The notes beneath the pieces are model-generated. The model had not been told where the DNA came from. It was given only the letters and a program-made list of their open reading frames with translations, and ran no database searches. The position numbers and the translations under genes are program-made. DNA of 64,000 bases from Nannocystales bacterium (lineage in GTDB: Bacteria; Myxococcota_A; Polyangia; Nannocystales; Nannocystaceae): assembly GCA_050633305.1 (NCBI GenBank), contig JBOEGF010000036.1, forward strand, positions 1 to 64,000, written 5' to 3'. Positions 48,829-58,824 of the stretch are shown here, one piece after another. The first letter of the stretch is position 1; each line of letters begins with the position of its first letter.

Positions 48829-50021
48829 TGCGGGCCTCCCTGGTGATGTCCGTCGCGCTCACCCTTGGGTGCAGCCCCAGCCACATCGCGGCCGTGGCTC
48901 CGGCCACCGACGGAGCGTCCGGGTCGGACGCAGACTCCGCGCCCGTGGGCTCGTCGAGCTCGGGCGAAACGAGCACGACCGGGGGGACCGCTGCAGAGGC
49001 AGAGGCAGAGGCAGAGGCAGAGGCAGAGGCAGAGGCAGAGGCGACGAGTGGCGGGGCTCCCTCCTCGGACGAAGGGTCTTCGTCCGAGACGACGGAGGGC
49101 TCGGAGACCACCGACGCGGCGTTGTGCCCTCCGCAGCCAACTCCAGGCTGCGATGAGACGGGCGACCCTCTCGACGCGGCCGAAGTGACTTGTTTTGACG
49201 GTATCTCGGCGCAGTTCGAGAGCAGCGACTCCATGGCGTGGCGAAGCGCTCATGAGTTCGGAAACTCGCAGTGGGTGTCGACCGAGTCGGAAGCCGTCCT
49301 CGTCCTCACCACTGGGGTTCTTCCCGAACCGGGTCTCGTGGGCGAAGTCAACGTCACGCCAGGGGCGGCCGAGAACTCTCCCACCAACAACGGCAACCCA
49401 GACGGCGTCGCGCTTCCGTCGGGGATCAACCCCCTCTTTGGCAGCACATCGGCGACGCCCTTCGCCGACTGCAACGGCATCGCCGACTGCTCGGGGACTC
49501 TCGCGATTGCGTTTGATGGCAGCGCCGACGACCTGGTCTGGTTCTCATTCGACGCGACCGTACCGGCCGATGTGTATGGTTACAGCATCCAGGTCGGCTT
49601 TCTCAGCGCCGCGTATCCCGAGGACCTCTTGGAGTTCAGCAGCGACCTCTTCGTGTGGTGGCACGAGAGCGAGGACTACGTGGGCAACCTGGCGACGCTC
49701 GATGGCTACCCCGCCAATGTTCTGGGTCTCGCCCCGCGCCTGCACGAGCACTCGACGGACCATCCGGCACTGCAACGGACCGGGATGGAGGGCACGACCG
49801 GGGAGACCTGCGAGGTGCAAGGCGCGAGTGTGGACTGCCCAATCGGCGCCTCCACGGGATGGATGGAGCTGCGGGGTCCGGCCCAGCCGGGCGAGGATAT
49901 CCATGTGGTCGTCGCGCTCCTCGACCAAGGAGCGCTCGACCGGGACACCACCGTGGTGCTGGACGGGTTCAGCTGGGTTTGCGAGCCATGTACCCCCGGC
50001 GGGTCTTGCGGCTTGCAGTAG
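48825..50021 (+). CDS. Lipoprotein with choice-of-anchor-L-like domain
   Basis: LTLGC lipobox; VLVLTTG, DLVWFSFDATVP, FLSAAYPE, GASTGW and DTTVVLDGF. Confidence 0.7.
   Translation: MMRASLVMSVALTLGCSPSHIAAVAPATDGASGSDADSAPVGSSSSGETSTTGGTAAEAEAEAEAEAEAEAEATSGGAPSSDEGSSSETTEGSETTDAALCPPQPTPGCDETGDPLDAAEVTCFDGISAQFESSDSMAWRSAHEFGNSQWVSTESEAVLVLTTGVLPEPGLVGEVNVTPGAAENSPTNNGNPDGVALPSGINPLFGSTSATPFADCNGIADCSGTLAIAFDGSADDLVWFSFDATVPADVYGYSIQVGFLSAAYPEDLLEFSSDLFVWWHESEDYVGNLATLDGYPANVLGLAPRLHEHSTDHPALQRTGMEGTTGETCEVQGASVDCPIGASTGWMELRGPAQPGEDIHVVVALLDQGALDRDTTVVLDGFSWVCEPCTPGGSCGLQ
48993..49040 (+). repeat. (GCAGAG)8 in-frame microsatellite
   Basis: Eight exact units encoding (AE)8. Confidence 0.95.
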
Positions 50022-50322
50022 GGGCCGACGTCTCGACGCCGATGCCGTTTCTCGAAGACGCGGCGCTCGAAGTCCTGCGCAAGACTGCATGAACTGACCC
50101 GAGCCGGGACGGTGAACGCAGCCGGCTGGACTCCGCCGAGGCGATGCGCCGTGCGTGACTGGGCGGTCTTCCTCTGCTTGTCGTCTGAGGCCTTGGCGCG
50201 TCGGCTCTGGTCGCTGCGGCAGCCCGCTGCTTCGCGCGGCGCGGCCGCAGACTCGCCGATCATTTCTTCATCCAAAGGCACGGTGAGACAGACACATTCG
50301 GTCATCAGGCCATAGAGCCGGA

Positions 50323-51510
50323 ATGTCCCCAGAAGCCACATCCTGTCCAATGTACAGACCTACTCTCACGCAGCCCTCTGAGCATCCCACACGGAACGGA
50401 ACGACCGCGATGCGGCTTTGCCCGGCTGTGAAGGTGCGTCCTCGGACCCCGGAGCCCTTCGGCCGCACGCCGATTGAGGAAGCCCTGCTTCAACTCTCCG
50501 AACTCGAGTTTCGCATCACACATTGGGATACGGCCGCAGCGGAAGACTCGGCTTCGAAGGAGGCGTTGGTCCGCCTCGTCTCCACCGGGGAGGCGATCGC
50601 CGAGGAGTCGGTCTACATCCTCCAAGGGCTGTCCGACGGGTCTCCCGCGGACGCTTCCACGCGGACGCCGGGCGCTGTCCCACAGACGGTCGCTGACGTG
50701 GCGTTCGTCGCTGCCATGGAGACGAACACGCTACGGGCACGACTCTCGGGGCTCGAGGGGCTACAGGAGAAGTGGCGCGTGCTCGAGACGTGTCAACGGA
50801 CCAAACGACACGTGCTGCGCGCGGTCACCTCGGTCGCGCAGGAACTCCTCGGCCACACCGACGCAGGGGACCGAACGCCGCGGTTCCACAAGGCCCTGCT
50901 CGGCTCGCTTCGTTGCCGCCGTGCTCTCTCGAAGTTCTGGCACCAAGTCGAGACGAACAAGGGGCGCTCCACTGCCGAGCGGTTACAGACTGCCTACGAC
51001 GCGATTGCGGTGCTTCGCAGGGATGAATACTACCGGGAGCTTCGTATCAATGACCGACGCGTCCTGCACGAACTCCGAACACGTCTACTCGCCCGACTGC
51101 GGGAGGACGATGGACCCAACCTGCACACCGATCAACTCCTGCAAGACGTCGATGGGTTCGTGGTCTTGAGCCGACGGATCAACAGCCGGATGGAGCTGGT
51201 CGACCACGACCGGGCAATCCTCCGGGAACTCGAGCGAAGCCTGCCTCCACAAGACGAAGACCCTCTGCCTTTGCCGATACCGCTCGTGCTCCGACTGCAC
51301 CAGCTCCAGGGCCTCGCGCCCGTGCTCGACAGCGCACTGTTCGGTCGGCACACCATCTCCACCGCCGACCTCCGTCGAATCCTGTGGTCACTGGAACGGT
51401 GGCCACAACAGGAGTTCGACGGCCACGGGAGTGGAGCGTGGGGCCGCGCTATCCCGGCCGCGGCGCGAATGCCTACGACCGAACGGTCGGAGATGCCGCG
51501 GGGCGTATGA
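50323..51510 (+). CDS. Hypothetical helical protein
   Basis: Long ORF with INSRMELVDHDR motif; start uncertain (50323/50410). Confidence 0.65.
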   Translation: MSPEATSCPMYRPTLTQPSEHPTRNGTTAMRLCPAVKVRPRTPEPFGRTPIEEALLQLSELEFRITHWDTAAAEDSASKEALVRLVSTGEAIAEESVYILQGLSDGSPADASTRTPGAVPQTVADVAFVAAMETNTLRARLSGLEGLQEKWRVLETCQRTKRHVLRAVTSVAQELLGHTDAGDRTPRFHKALLGSLRCRRALSKFWHQVETNKGRSTAERLQTAYDAIAVLRRDEYYRELRINDRRVLHELRTRLLARLREDDGPNLHTDQLLQDVDGFVVLSRRINSRMELVDHDRAILRELERSLPPQDEDPLPLPIPLVLRLHQLQGLAPVLDSALFGRHTISTADLRRILWSLERWPQQEFDGHGSGAWGRAIPAAARMPTTERSEMPRGV

Positions 51511-51617
51511 CCCGTCTCGGCGACGCGCCACCGGCCCTCTGCGGAACGACGCGTCACCCTCTTCGCCTATCGAACAACCACGAACACCGCTCATCGCCGC
51601 AAGAAGGAACACCCGCC

Positions 51618-52286
51618 ATGTCATCGACGTCCACCGCTCTCCCCTCTTCCCTTCAGACACGCGTCTCGCGGCCGGCTCCGAAGTGTTCGACACCGGCCCC
51701 ACCGCCGCCGGTGCATGTCCTGGACAAGGAGGCGGTCGACGATTTGCTGAGACGTGCACGAGCCCTCGCGGGCCGGGGCCGAGATCCCGCGGCCGCCCAT
51801 GCCATGTTCACGACCGTTCTCAGGCTCGACCCGGTCCGACTCGAGGCCCACATCGACCTCGTTCAACTCGAGGTCCAAGCCGGAAACCTCGAGCGCGCCC
51901 GCAAGCGGATGGAGCGACTCTCCGAGGAGTACTCCTGCCGATCACGTCAGAGCAACGCGACACGGCTCTTCAAGGGCTCCGACGGCTGGGAGGAGGAGTT
52001 CTCGGCAAGCTGGGACGACCACCTTCGACCAGACGCTGCGCGGTCGGGTCCTCGAAGGGGTGCGAGCATCGGACACTCGAACTCGAAGCTTCCGCCTCCT
52101 CCGACGAAGGGCTCGGCCGAGTCCGTGCTGTCTGTCGAGCGACGCGAGGAGTTGCTCTCGCGATACTCGGTCCGCACGCTCCGCGCACGCGCCATGGTGC
52201 GGCGTGACCCCTCCGTCACGCGTCGCGAATCGGGCACCAGCCTGGCGCATTCGCTGCGCAAGCTCGCTCGGGGCGCTTCCAAGTAG
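51618..52286 (+). CDS. Hypothetical protein with TPR-like segment
   Basis: aaggaa RBS; AAAHAMFTTVLRLDPVRLEAHIDLVQLEVQAGNLERA. Confidence 0.55.
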   Translation: MSSTSTALPSSLQTRVSRPAPKCSTPAPPPPVHVLDKEAVDDLLRRARALAGRGRDPAAAHAMFTTVLRLDPVRLEAHIDLVQLEVQAGNLERARKRMERLSEEYSCRSRQSNATRLFKGSDGWEEEFSASWDDHLRPDAARSGPRRGASIGHSNSKLPPPPTKGSAESVLSVERREELLSRYSVRTLRARAMVRRDPSVTRRESGTSLAHSLRKLARGASK

Positions 52287-52610
52287 ACGACGGGCAACCG
52301 CTCGAGCGGTCCGAGCGTGGTCCGGTGTTCTCCGCCGTAGAGGCTCAGCCGTTCGGGGCGTCACGGCTTTGCGAGACCGTGGACCGTGGACGAGTGACCC
52401 AAACACCGCGAGGTCCGGCGCGCCCGAGGTCTGAGTATCGGTCTCGGCCAGGTGCTCTGTTGACGTCGCCTCGAGTGCACGCGGCATACCAACGTCGAAA
52501 TGACTACCGTCGGGGGGTTGAGACGAACCTGGGGGGACCTCGGAAGAGGCGCTTCATGCGACAGCCGAGGTCTCGTGGAATCGGCGCCGCGGGTGCTCTA
52601 CAGTCCCCGC

Positions 52611-54248
52611 ATGTGGACCCCACGCGCGGGCTTCATCCCGTTGTTCTTCCTGATCGCGTGCGGAGGGTCGTCTGGCTCTGGCGACGACGTCGGGACCGAG
52701 GCGAGCACCGCCAACGCTGACAGCTCGAGCACCGCGGACGCCACCACGGCAATGGGGGAGGGGACTTCGACGACGACCACCACCGGTGGTCCCGTCGAGC
52801 CACCCGAGGGGACCGCACTCGTCACGCTCGACCTCGAAGCGGTGGTGGCCGAGGTCTCCCCGCGCTACCTCTCGGTCGCCGTGGACAGCTCCCAGGTCCT
52901 GGGCGGTAGCTTTTGGGGCGAGGGCGGCGCGAGCGGAGGCCTCGGCCAGAAGGAGGTCGACCCCTACGACTTCGAGCGCCCCAGACTCCGCGCGCTCGCG
53001 GCCGAGCTGGCACCGGCGTACCTCCGCATCGGCGGCTCCGAAGCCGACGTCGTCTACTACGACCTCTCCGAGACGCCAGTCGACGAAGCGCCCGGACCGT
53101 ACGCGCTGTTGCTGACCGCGCAGCGCTGGGCCGAGCTCGTCGAGTTTTCTGCGTCGATGGGCTTCGAGCTGTTCTTCACGCTCAACGCGGGACCGGGGCC
53201 ACGCGACGAGAACAACGCTTGGCAACCCGACAACGCCCGGACCCTGTTGCAACACGCGGCCGACCGCGGTGACCCCGTCGGCGTTTGGGAGCTTGGCAAC
53301 GAGATCAACGGCTACCCGCTGTTCCACGCGCTCCTGCTCACCGGTGAGGACTACGCCGAGGACGTGCGGGCCGCTCGGACATTGGTCGACGCGGTGGATC
53401 CCGACGCGCTTCTGGCCGGGCCGTCCAGCGCCTATTGGCCTGTACGCGGCGAGCAGAACCCGATCATGCCCGACTTCATCGCGGCGGGCGGCGACGCGCT
53501 CGATGTGGTCACGTGGCACTACTACCCGACCCAGTCCGAACGCTGCCCGCTTCCCAGCCGAAGCTCCGAGCTCACCACCCTGCTCGAAGCGGCCAACTTG
53601 GACGAGGTCGAGAAGTGGGCGGAGGACGTCGAGACGCTGGTCTCCGACCATGCTCCTGAGGCGGAGCTGTGGATGGGCGAGTCGGGCAATGCCCAATGCG
53701 GTGGTCAACCCGGCGTCTCCGATCGCTTCGTCGGGAGTCTGTGGTGGGTGGACCAACTGGGCCTGCTCGCCCGCCGGGGACACCGCGTCACGGTGAGACA
53801 GACGTTGTCGGGATCCGACTATGGCCTCATCGATGACGCGACACTCGATCCCCGTCCCGACTACTGGGCATCGGTGTTGTGGAAGCGCCTGATGGGTGCA
53901 CGCGTGCTCGCGACATCCCACGAGGGACCCACCTCCTTGCGAAGCTACGCGCATTGCGGTGAGCGTGGCGGAGTGACGGTGGTACTCATCAACCTCGACC
54001 AATCCGAAACGCTGGATGTCAGCCTTCGCGCCGACGCGGCCGACGTCTATCTCGTTCATGCCGAGACGCTCGACGCCACCGAGATCCGGCTCAATGGAAG
54101 CGCTCTCCCCGACGACGACGTCGAAGCGCTCGCGGCACTCACCCCCGCCGACGCTGAGCTCGTGCAGGGGCACGCGGTTGTCGCCCTCCCTCCGACGTCG
54201 TTTGCGTTCGTACACCTTCCTGGGCTCAGCTCGGCTGCGTGCGGCTGA
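52611..54248 (+). CDS. Glycoside hydrolase family 79 (heparanase/beta-glucuronidase-like) lipoprotein
   Basis: LIAC lipobox; PAYLRIGGSEAD, WELGNE (acid/base), LWMGESG (nucleophile) and PRPDYW..LWKRLMG. Confidence 0.9.
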   Translation: MWTPRAGFIPLFFLIACGGSSGSGDDVGTEASTANADSSSTADATTAMGEGTSTTTTTGGPVEPPEGTALVTLDLEAVVAEVSPRYLSVAVDSSQVLGGSFWGEGGASGGLGQKEVDPYDFERPRLRALAAELAPAYLRIGGSEADVVYYDLSETPVDEAPGPYALLLTAQRWAELVEFSASMGFELFFTLNAGPGPRDENNAWQPDNARTLLQHAADRGDPVGVWELGNEINGYPLFHALLLTGEDYAEDVRAARTLVDAVDPDALLAGPSSAYWPVRGEQNPIMPDFIAAGGDALDVVTWHYYPTQSERCPLPSRSSELTTLLEAANLDEVEKWAEDVETLVSDHAPEAELWMGESGNAQCGGQPGVSDRFVGSLWWVDQLGLLARRGHRVTVRQTLSGSDYGLIDDATLDPRPDYWASVLWKRLMGARVLATSHEGPTSLRSYAHCGERGGVTVVLINLDQSETLDVSLRADAADVYLVHAETLDATEIRLNGSALPDDDVEALAALTPADAELVQGHAVVALPPTSFAFVHLPGLSSAACG

Positions 54249-54924
54249 CCCCGAGTCTCCTGCGGCTCTTGCACTGTTTGCACGGTGCGTGAAGCCGCTC
54301 CAAATGCGACAGCGCTGTCGTATTTGGGGACGCCCTGGCGACTCGAAACGTCTGAGCTTGCTCCGCAAGAGGCTCCGCCCTTCGGTATGGACGACTCCTG
54401 CCGGAGTGCGGTCGCGACCACGAGGCGAGGGCGACCGCTCGGGCCCGCTGACGGTCACGCCGCGGGTCCGGACCGTTCGAGGTCGCGACCCAAGGTCGCC
54501 AGGCCCGATTCGACGCCGGTTCGAGGTCTTGGGTTCGGCAGCACGTCTCGAATCCCGGACAGGATCGGCGTCCCGTTGCGGGCTGCGGAGCACGGAACGT
54601 GGACTCGTGAGACCCGTATCGGCGTGAACGGCCACATCGTCGGGCCGCCGACCGCACAGGGAGCATCCGTATAGGGCTCGACGGAACCAAGCCGGCGCGA
54701 CCGGAGCCCTTGAATCTGTGCGGGTCGCAACGATGAATCTTGGAGAGCCCTCGGCTCCAACAGGTCGCATGCACCCCGCAGCCATTTCCTCCGTCCTGGT
54801 GCTTGTGTCGCTCCGCCGGACGGACAGGCCCGCCGTTGGTGCAGAGCGTCAACTCGCAGGCGCGGAGATTGGCGCCATCTGCCGCTTCTGAACGACGACG
54901 TCGTGCTCGGAAGGACCCCCGACA

Positions 54925-55176
54925 ATGACACCACTGAAAAAGATTCTCGGAACCCCACTGATCCACGCGGTGCTTGGGTTCATGTTCTTGGCCGCGTTCT
55001 CGTGGCCGATCTTCTCGTTCGAGGAGCCGATCAACACCTGGAAGTTCATGTATGGCGCCTGGGCGGTTGGCATCGGACTCCTGTTCCTCACCACGACGTT
55101 CGGAAGTGCGCCGGAGGCAGACGAGATGGACGACGATGAAGACGTGGATGTGGAAGGCGTAGGCCAGAATGTTTAG
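54925..55176 (+). CDS. Small two-TM membrane protein overlapping the downstream kinase gene
   Basis: 83 aa with two TM helices and an acidic tail; 8-bp overlap with the 55169 start. Confidence 0.7.
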   Translation: MTPLKKILGTPLIHAVLGFMFLAAFSWPIFSFEEPINTWKFMYGAWAVGIGLLFLTTTFGSAPEADEMDDDEDVDVEGVGQNV

Positions 55177-58100
55177 TCCATGGACAATTATTGGCGTGAT
55201 CGTCGCCTATGTCGCGGTGCTGTTCGTCATCGCGCAATGGGCCGAACGATCCAAGGCCGGCAAATACGTCTCAAAGTACTCCGGCGTCTACGCCCTCGGA
55301 CTGGCTGTCTACTGCACGACCTGGACGTACTACGGTTCGGTTGGCAAGGCCTCGACGGGCGGGATGGGCTTCCTTCCCGTGTACTTGGGTCCCACGTTGG
55401 GGCTGCTGCTGGGGTGGACGATCTTCAGGCGGATCGTTCGTCTCAAGCACGCTCACCGTATTACGAGTATCGCCGACTTTATCTCCAGCCGGTACGGGAA
55501 GTCGCAGGCGGTCGCCGCCATGGTCACCGTCATCATGATGGTGGGAATTATTCCGTATGTTGGCCTGCAGCTGAAGGCCGTGACGGGGACCTTCGTGCAG
55601 ATCACCGCGGGGTCGACCGATGGCGCGGGGATGGCGGGTTGGTTCAGCCCGATCATCGCGACTTTGATGACGATCTTCACGATCGCTTTCGGTATTCGGC
55701 ATATTGACCCCACCGAGCGTCACCCCGGGATGGTGGTGTCGCTGGCCATCGAGTCCACGTTCAAACTCGTCGCTTTCTTGGTCGCGGGCTTCTTCATCGT
55801 GAAGTCGGCGTTCGGCGGTCTCGGTGGCTTCGTCGAGTCCTTCACAGCCAATCCGCCCGATCTCCCGATGCTCAAGGCCGGGGACTCCAAGCAGATCATG
55901 GTGTGGATCACCGTGACGCTGTTGTCGATGTCGGCGTTCTCCTTCCTGCCTCGGCAGTTCCACGTCGGCGTGGTCGAGAACGGTGACCCCGAGCAAGTCA
56001 AGAAGGCTGCGTGGCTCACCCCGCTGTACCTCATCGCCATCAACCTTCTGGTGGTGCCCATTGCGATGGGCGGGTCGTTGCTGGCCGAGGCTGGTACGAC
56101 CGGAGACCAGTTCGTGTTGGCCATTCCCGTGCAATCGGGCCAGGCTGCGCTGTCGTTGGGGGTGTTCATCGGCGGCTTCTCGGCTGCAATCGGCATGATC
56201 ATGATCTCCAGCATGACGATGGCGACCATGATCTCGAACCACCTGGTCATGCCTCTCATCTCAGCCGTGCCCGCGCTGTCGTTCCTGCGACGCCGTATGC
56301 TCTACGTGCGGTGGGTGGCTGCCGCTGGGTTCATCTTCGCCGGCTATGGCTTTGAGGTTGGGGTCGGCGACTCGTACATGTTGGTGGCCATTGGCCTGAT
56401 CTCCTTCGCGGCTGCGTTCATCGTGGCACCGGTTGTGCTCATCGGCCTGTTTTGGCGCAACGCCAGCCGTGGCGGCGCGTTGTTGGGCCTGGGATCCGGC
56501 TTCGTGTTCTGGGCGTACACCCTGTTCATGCCCAGTCTGATCAAGAGTGGCTGGCTCCCCGAGAGCATCCTCGAACACGGCGCGTTCGGGCTGAGCGCCC
56601 TGCGACCCGAAGCTCTGTTCGGCCTCGCTGGTCTTCCCTCGCTGACCCACGGTGTGTTGTTCAGCGGCGTTGCCACCATCACGGGCCTGCTTGCGGGCAG
56701 TGTGCTCTTCCCGTCCAAGGGCGAAGAGCGGGCACTGACCGACGAGTTTCTCGACGAGGGCGAAGGGGGCTTCTCCCACCTCGATGACAAGAATCGCACC
56801 ATCGATGTGGGAGAGAAGCGTGAGGCGACGCTGCGCGTTCTGGGGAAGTACTTCGACCACGCAGAGGCGGGCGAGATGTGCCAGACCTGTTTCCAAGAGG
56901 CGGGAGTGCAAGAGCAGGAGAAGCTCACGGTGGTCGAGATGGCCGAGCTTCACTCGACGATCGAGAAGCACCTCGCCGGTGCGGTGGGTGCAGCATCGGC
57001 GCACGGTGCGATGAAGGACTGGGGAACGATCGATCGTCAGGACTCCAAGTCGCTCGCTCGCTCGTACGGCAAGATGCTGGCCAAGCTCAAGCTCTCGCCG
57101 AAGGAACTCAAGGAGCGCATCGACTTCCAGCAGGAGCGGGAATCCTTGCTCTCCGAGCAGTTCCGCGAGCTTCAGAAGAAGATCGACGAACGCGATGCAG
57201 AGATCGTCGAGCGACAGAAGGCCGAGGTCGCGCTTCAAGCCGCGCACGACGAGCTGGAAGACCGGGTCGAGCTACGCACGGCAGAGCTCAACAAGCGCAA
57301 CAAAGAGATGCGCCTGGTGTTCGACACCGTGAACCAGGGCTTCATCACCATTGACCTCGAGGGTTCCATCGGAGCCGAGCGGTCGCGAGTCGTCTCCGAG
57401 TGGTTCGGCGTTCAAGATGGGCCCGTGCAGAGCAAGCTGCACGAGGTCCTGGCCGGGCTCGATGAGCGGACTGGGACGGCGCTGGAGATGGGCCTGGAGC
57501 AGGTCAAGATGGGCATCTTGCCGCTGGACGTCTCGCTGGATCAGTTGCCGACGGCTTTCGAGGCAGACGGCCGATACTACGAGGCGGACTACCACCCGAC
57601 AGGAGAGATCGACGAGTCGAGTGATGAGTCGCCCGACAACCTCCTGGTCGTCGTTTCCGACGCCACCGCTCGGGTCCAGCAGGAGCGCTCCGAAGAGCGT
57701 CAGAAGGAAGTGGTCGGCTTGTTCGAACGCTTCATGAACGACCGCAACTCGGTTCTCTCCTTCCTCGGAGATGGTGACTCGCTGATCGAGCAGATCACCG
57801 CGTGGAGGGAGGGGGACGAGGACGTCCTCATTCGCCGCAACCTGCACACGCTCAAGGGCAACGCCGGCATCATGGCGGTGGGTAGCATCGCGCGGCTGTG
57901 CCACGCACTCGAGGAGCAGTTCGAGAATGGTGCGCTGTCCCCGGAGGACTCGGAGCGCTTGGCAAACGAATGGAAGAATCTCCGTGGTCGTATCGACGAC
58001 ATCGTCGACACCGAGACCGACACCATCGAGCTGGAACCGCGCGACTACGACGCGATTCTCAAGGCGCTCAACACTGGACGCCCCGCGAAGGACATCGAGG

Positions 58101-58684
58101 CGCTCGTGCTCGGCTGGAAGCTCGAGCCCACGCGCAAGACCCTGAGTCGTCTCGGTGAGCAGGTCTCTCGTCTTGCCGAAGAACTCGGCAAGGGGGAGGT
58201 CGACGTTGTCGTCGAAGACAACGACGTACGCCTGGATGCGGAGGAGTGGGGCGACTTCTGGTCCAATCTCGTGCACGTTGTACGAAACGCGGTCGACCAT
58301 GGCCTGGAGGAGCCTTCCGAACGCGAGAGCGCCGGGAAGAACCCCAATGGCAAGGTCACGCTTCGAACCGAGGACACGGTACAGGCTCTCACGGTGGTCA
58401 TCGAAGACGATGGTCGCGGCATCAACTGGGATGCGCTGCGCAAGAAATGCAAGACGCATGGCCTTCCGTACGAGACGCAGAGCGACCTCGTCGAGGCGCT
58501 GTTCGCCGATGGTGTCTCCACCCGGGACGAGGTCTCGACAACCTCGGGACGCGGCGTCGGCATGGCGGCTGTCCGGGGCGATACCGAAGCCCGTGGTGGC
58601 TCGGTCAAGGTCGACAGCCGGCCCGGCAAGGGCACACGCTGGACGTTCCGCTTCCCCAAGGCGGCGCCTGCGAAGGTCGCGTAG
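55169..58684 (+). CDS. Na+/solute symporter (SLC5)-STAC-PAS-like-HPt-CheA-type HATPase hybrid kinase
   Basis: AVYCTTWTYYGSVG, SIADFISSRYGKS and LPRQFHVGVVEN (CrbS/CbrA-type SLC5); EKHLAGAVGAASA (STAC); LHTLKGNA (HPt); HVVRNAVDHGLE, EDDGRG and SGRGVGM (CheA P4-type). Confidence 0.88.
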   Translation: MFSPWTIIGVIVAYVAVLFVIAQWAERSKAGKYVSKYSGVYALGLAVYCTTWTYYGSVGKASTGGMGFLPVYLGPTLGLLLGWTIFRRIVRLKHAHRITSIADFISSRYGKSQAVAAMVTVIMMVGIIPYVGLQLKAVTGTFVQITAGSTDGAGMAGWFSPIIATLMTIFTIAFGIRHIDPTERHPGMVVSLAIESTFKLVAFLVAGFFIVKSAFGGLGGFVESFTANPPDLPMLKAGDSKQIMVWITVTLLSMSAFSFLPRQFHVGVVENGDPEQVKKAAWLTPLYLIAINLLVVPIAMGGSLLAEAGTTGDQFVLAIPVQSGQAALSLGVFIGGFSAAIGMIMISSMTMATMISNHLVMPLISAVPALSFLRRRMLYVRWVAAAGFIFAGYGFEVGVGDSYMLVAIGLISFAAAFIVAPVVLIGLFWRNASRGGALLGLGSGFVFWAYTLFMPSLIKSGWLPESILEHGAFGLSALRPEALFGLAGLPSLTHGVLFSGVATITGLLAGSVLFPSKGEERALTDEFLDEGEGGFSHLDDKNRTIDVGEKREATLRVLGKYFDHAEAGEMCQTCFQEAGVQEQEKLTVVEMAELHSTIEKHLAGAVGAASAHGAMKDWGTIDRQDSKSLARSYGKMLAKLKLSPKELKERIDFQQERESLLSEQFRELQKKIDERDAEIVERQKAEVALQAAHDELEDRVELRTAELNKRNKEMRLVFDTVNQGFITIDLEGSIGAERSRVVSEWFGVQDGPVQSKLHEVLAGLDERTGTALEMGLEQVKMGILPLDVSLDQLPTAFEADGRYYEADYHPTGEIDESSDESPDNLLVVVSDATARVQQERSEERQKEVVGLFERFMNDRNSVLSFLGDGDSLIEQITAWREGDEDVLIRRNLHTLKGNAGIMAVGSIARLCHALEEQFENGALSPEDSERLANEWKNLRGRIDDIVDTETDTIELEPRDYDAILKALNTGRPAKDIEALVLGWKLEPTRKTLSRLGEQVSRLAEELGKGEVDVVVEDNDVRLDAEEWGDFWSNLVHVVRNAVDHGLEEPSERESAGKNPNGKVTLRTEDTVQALTVVIEDDGRGINWDALRKKCKTHGLPYETQSDLVEALFADGVSTRDEVSTTSGRGVGMAAVRGDTEARGGSVKVDSRPGKGTRWTFRFPKAAPAKVA

Positions 58685-58824
58685 CGACCTGCGAGGAGTC
58701 CTGCGAAGGGCGGCGAGCTTTGGGCTCGTCGCCCTTGGTCGTTGATGGATCCGGATTGGATCTTGCGGTCGAGGAGCGTTTGCGCCCTTGCAGAGCCAGT
58801 AGGGTGCTCGAGCCGCGTTTGCGC

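Noticed and set aside
46669..49040. Hexamer microsatellites as phase-variation switches
   Set aside because: The unit length is a multiple of 3 within linkers, so slippage changes length only, not frame.
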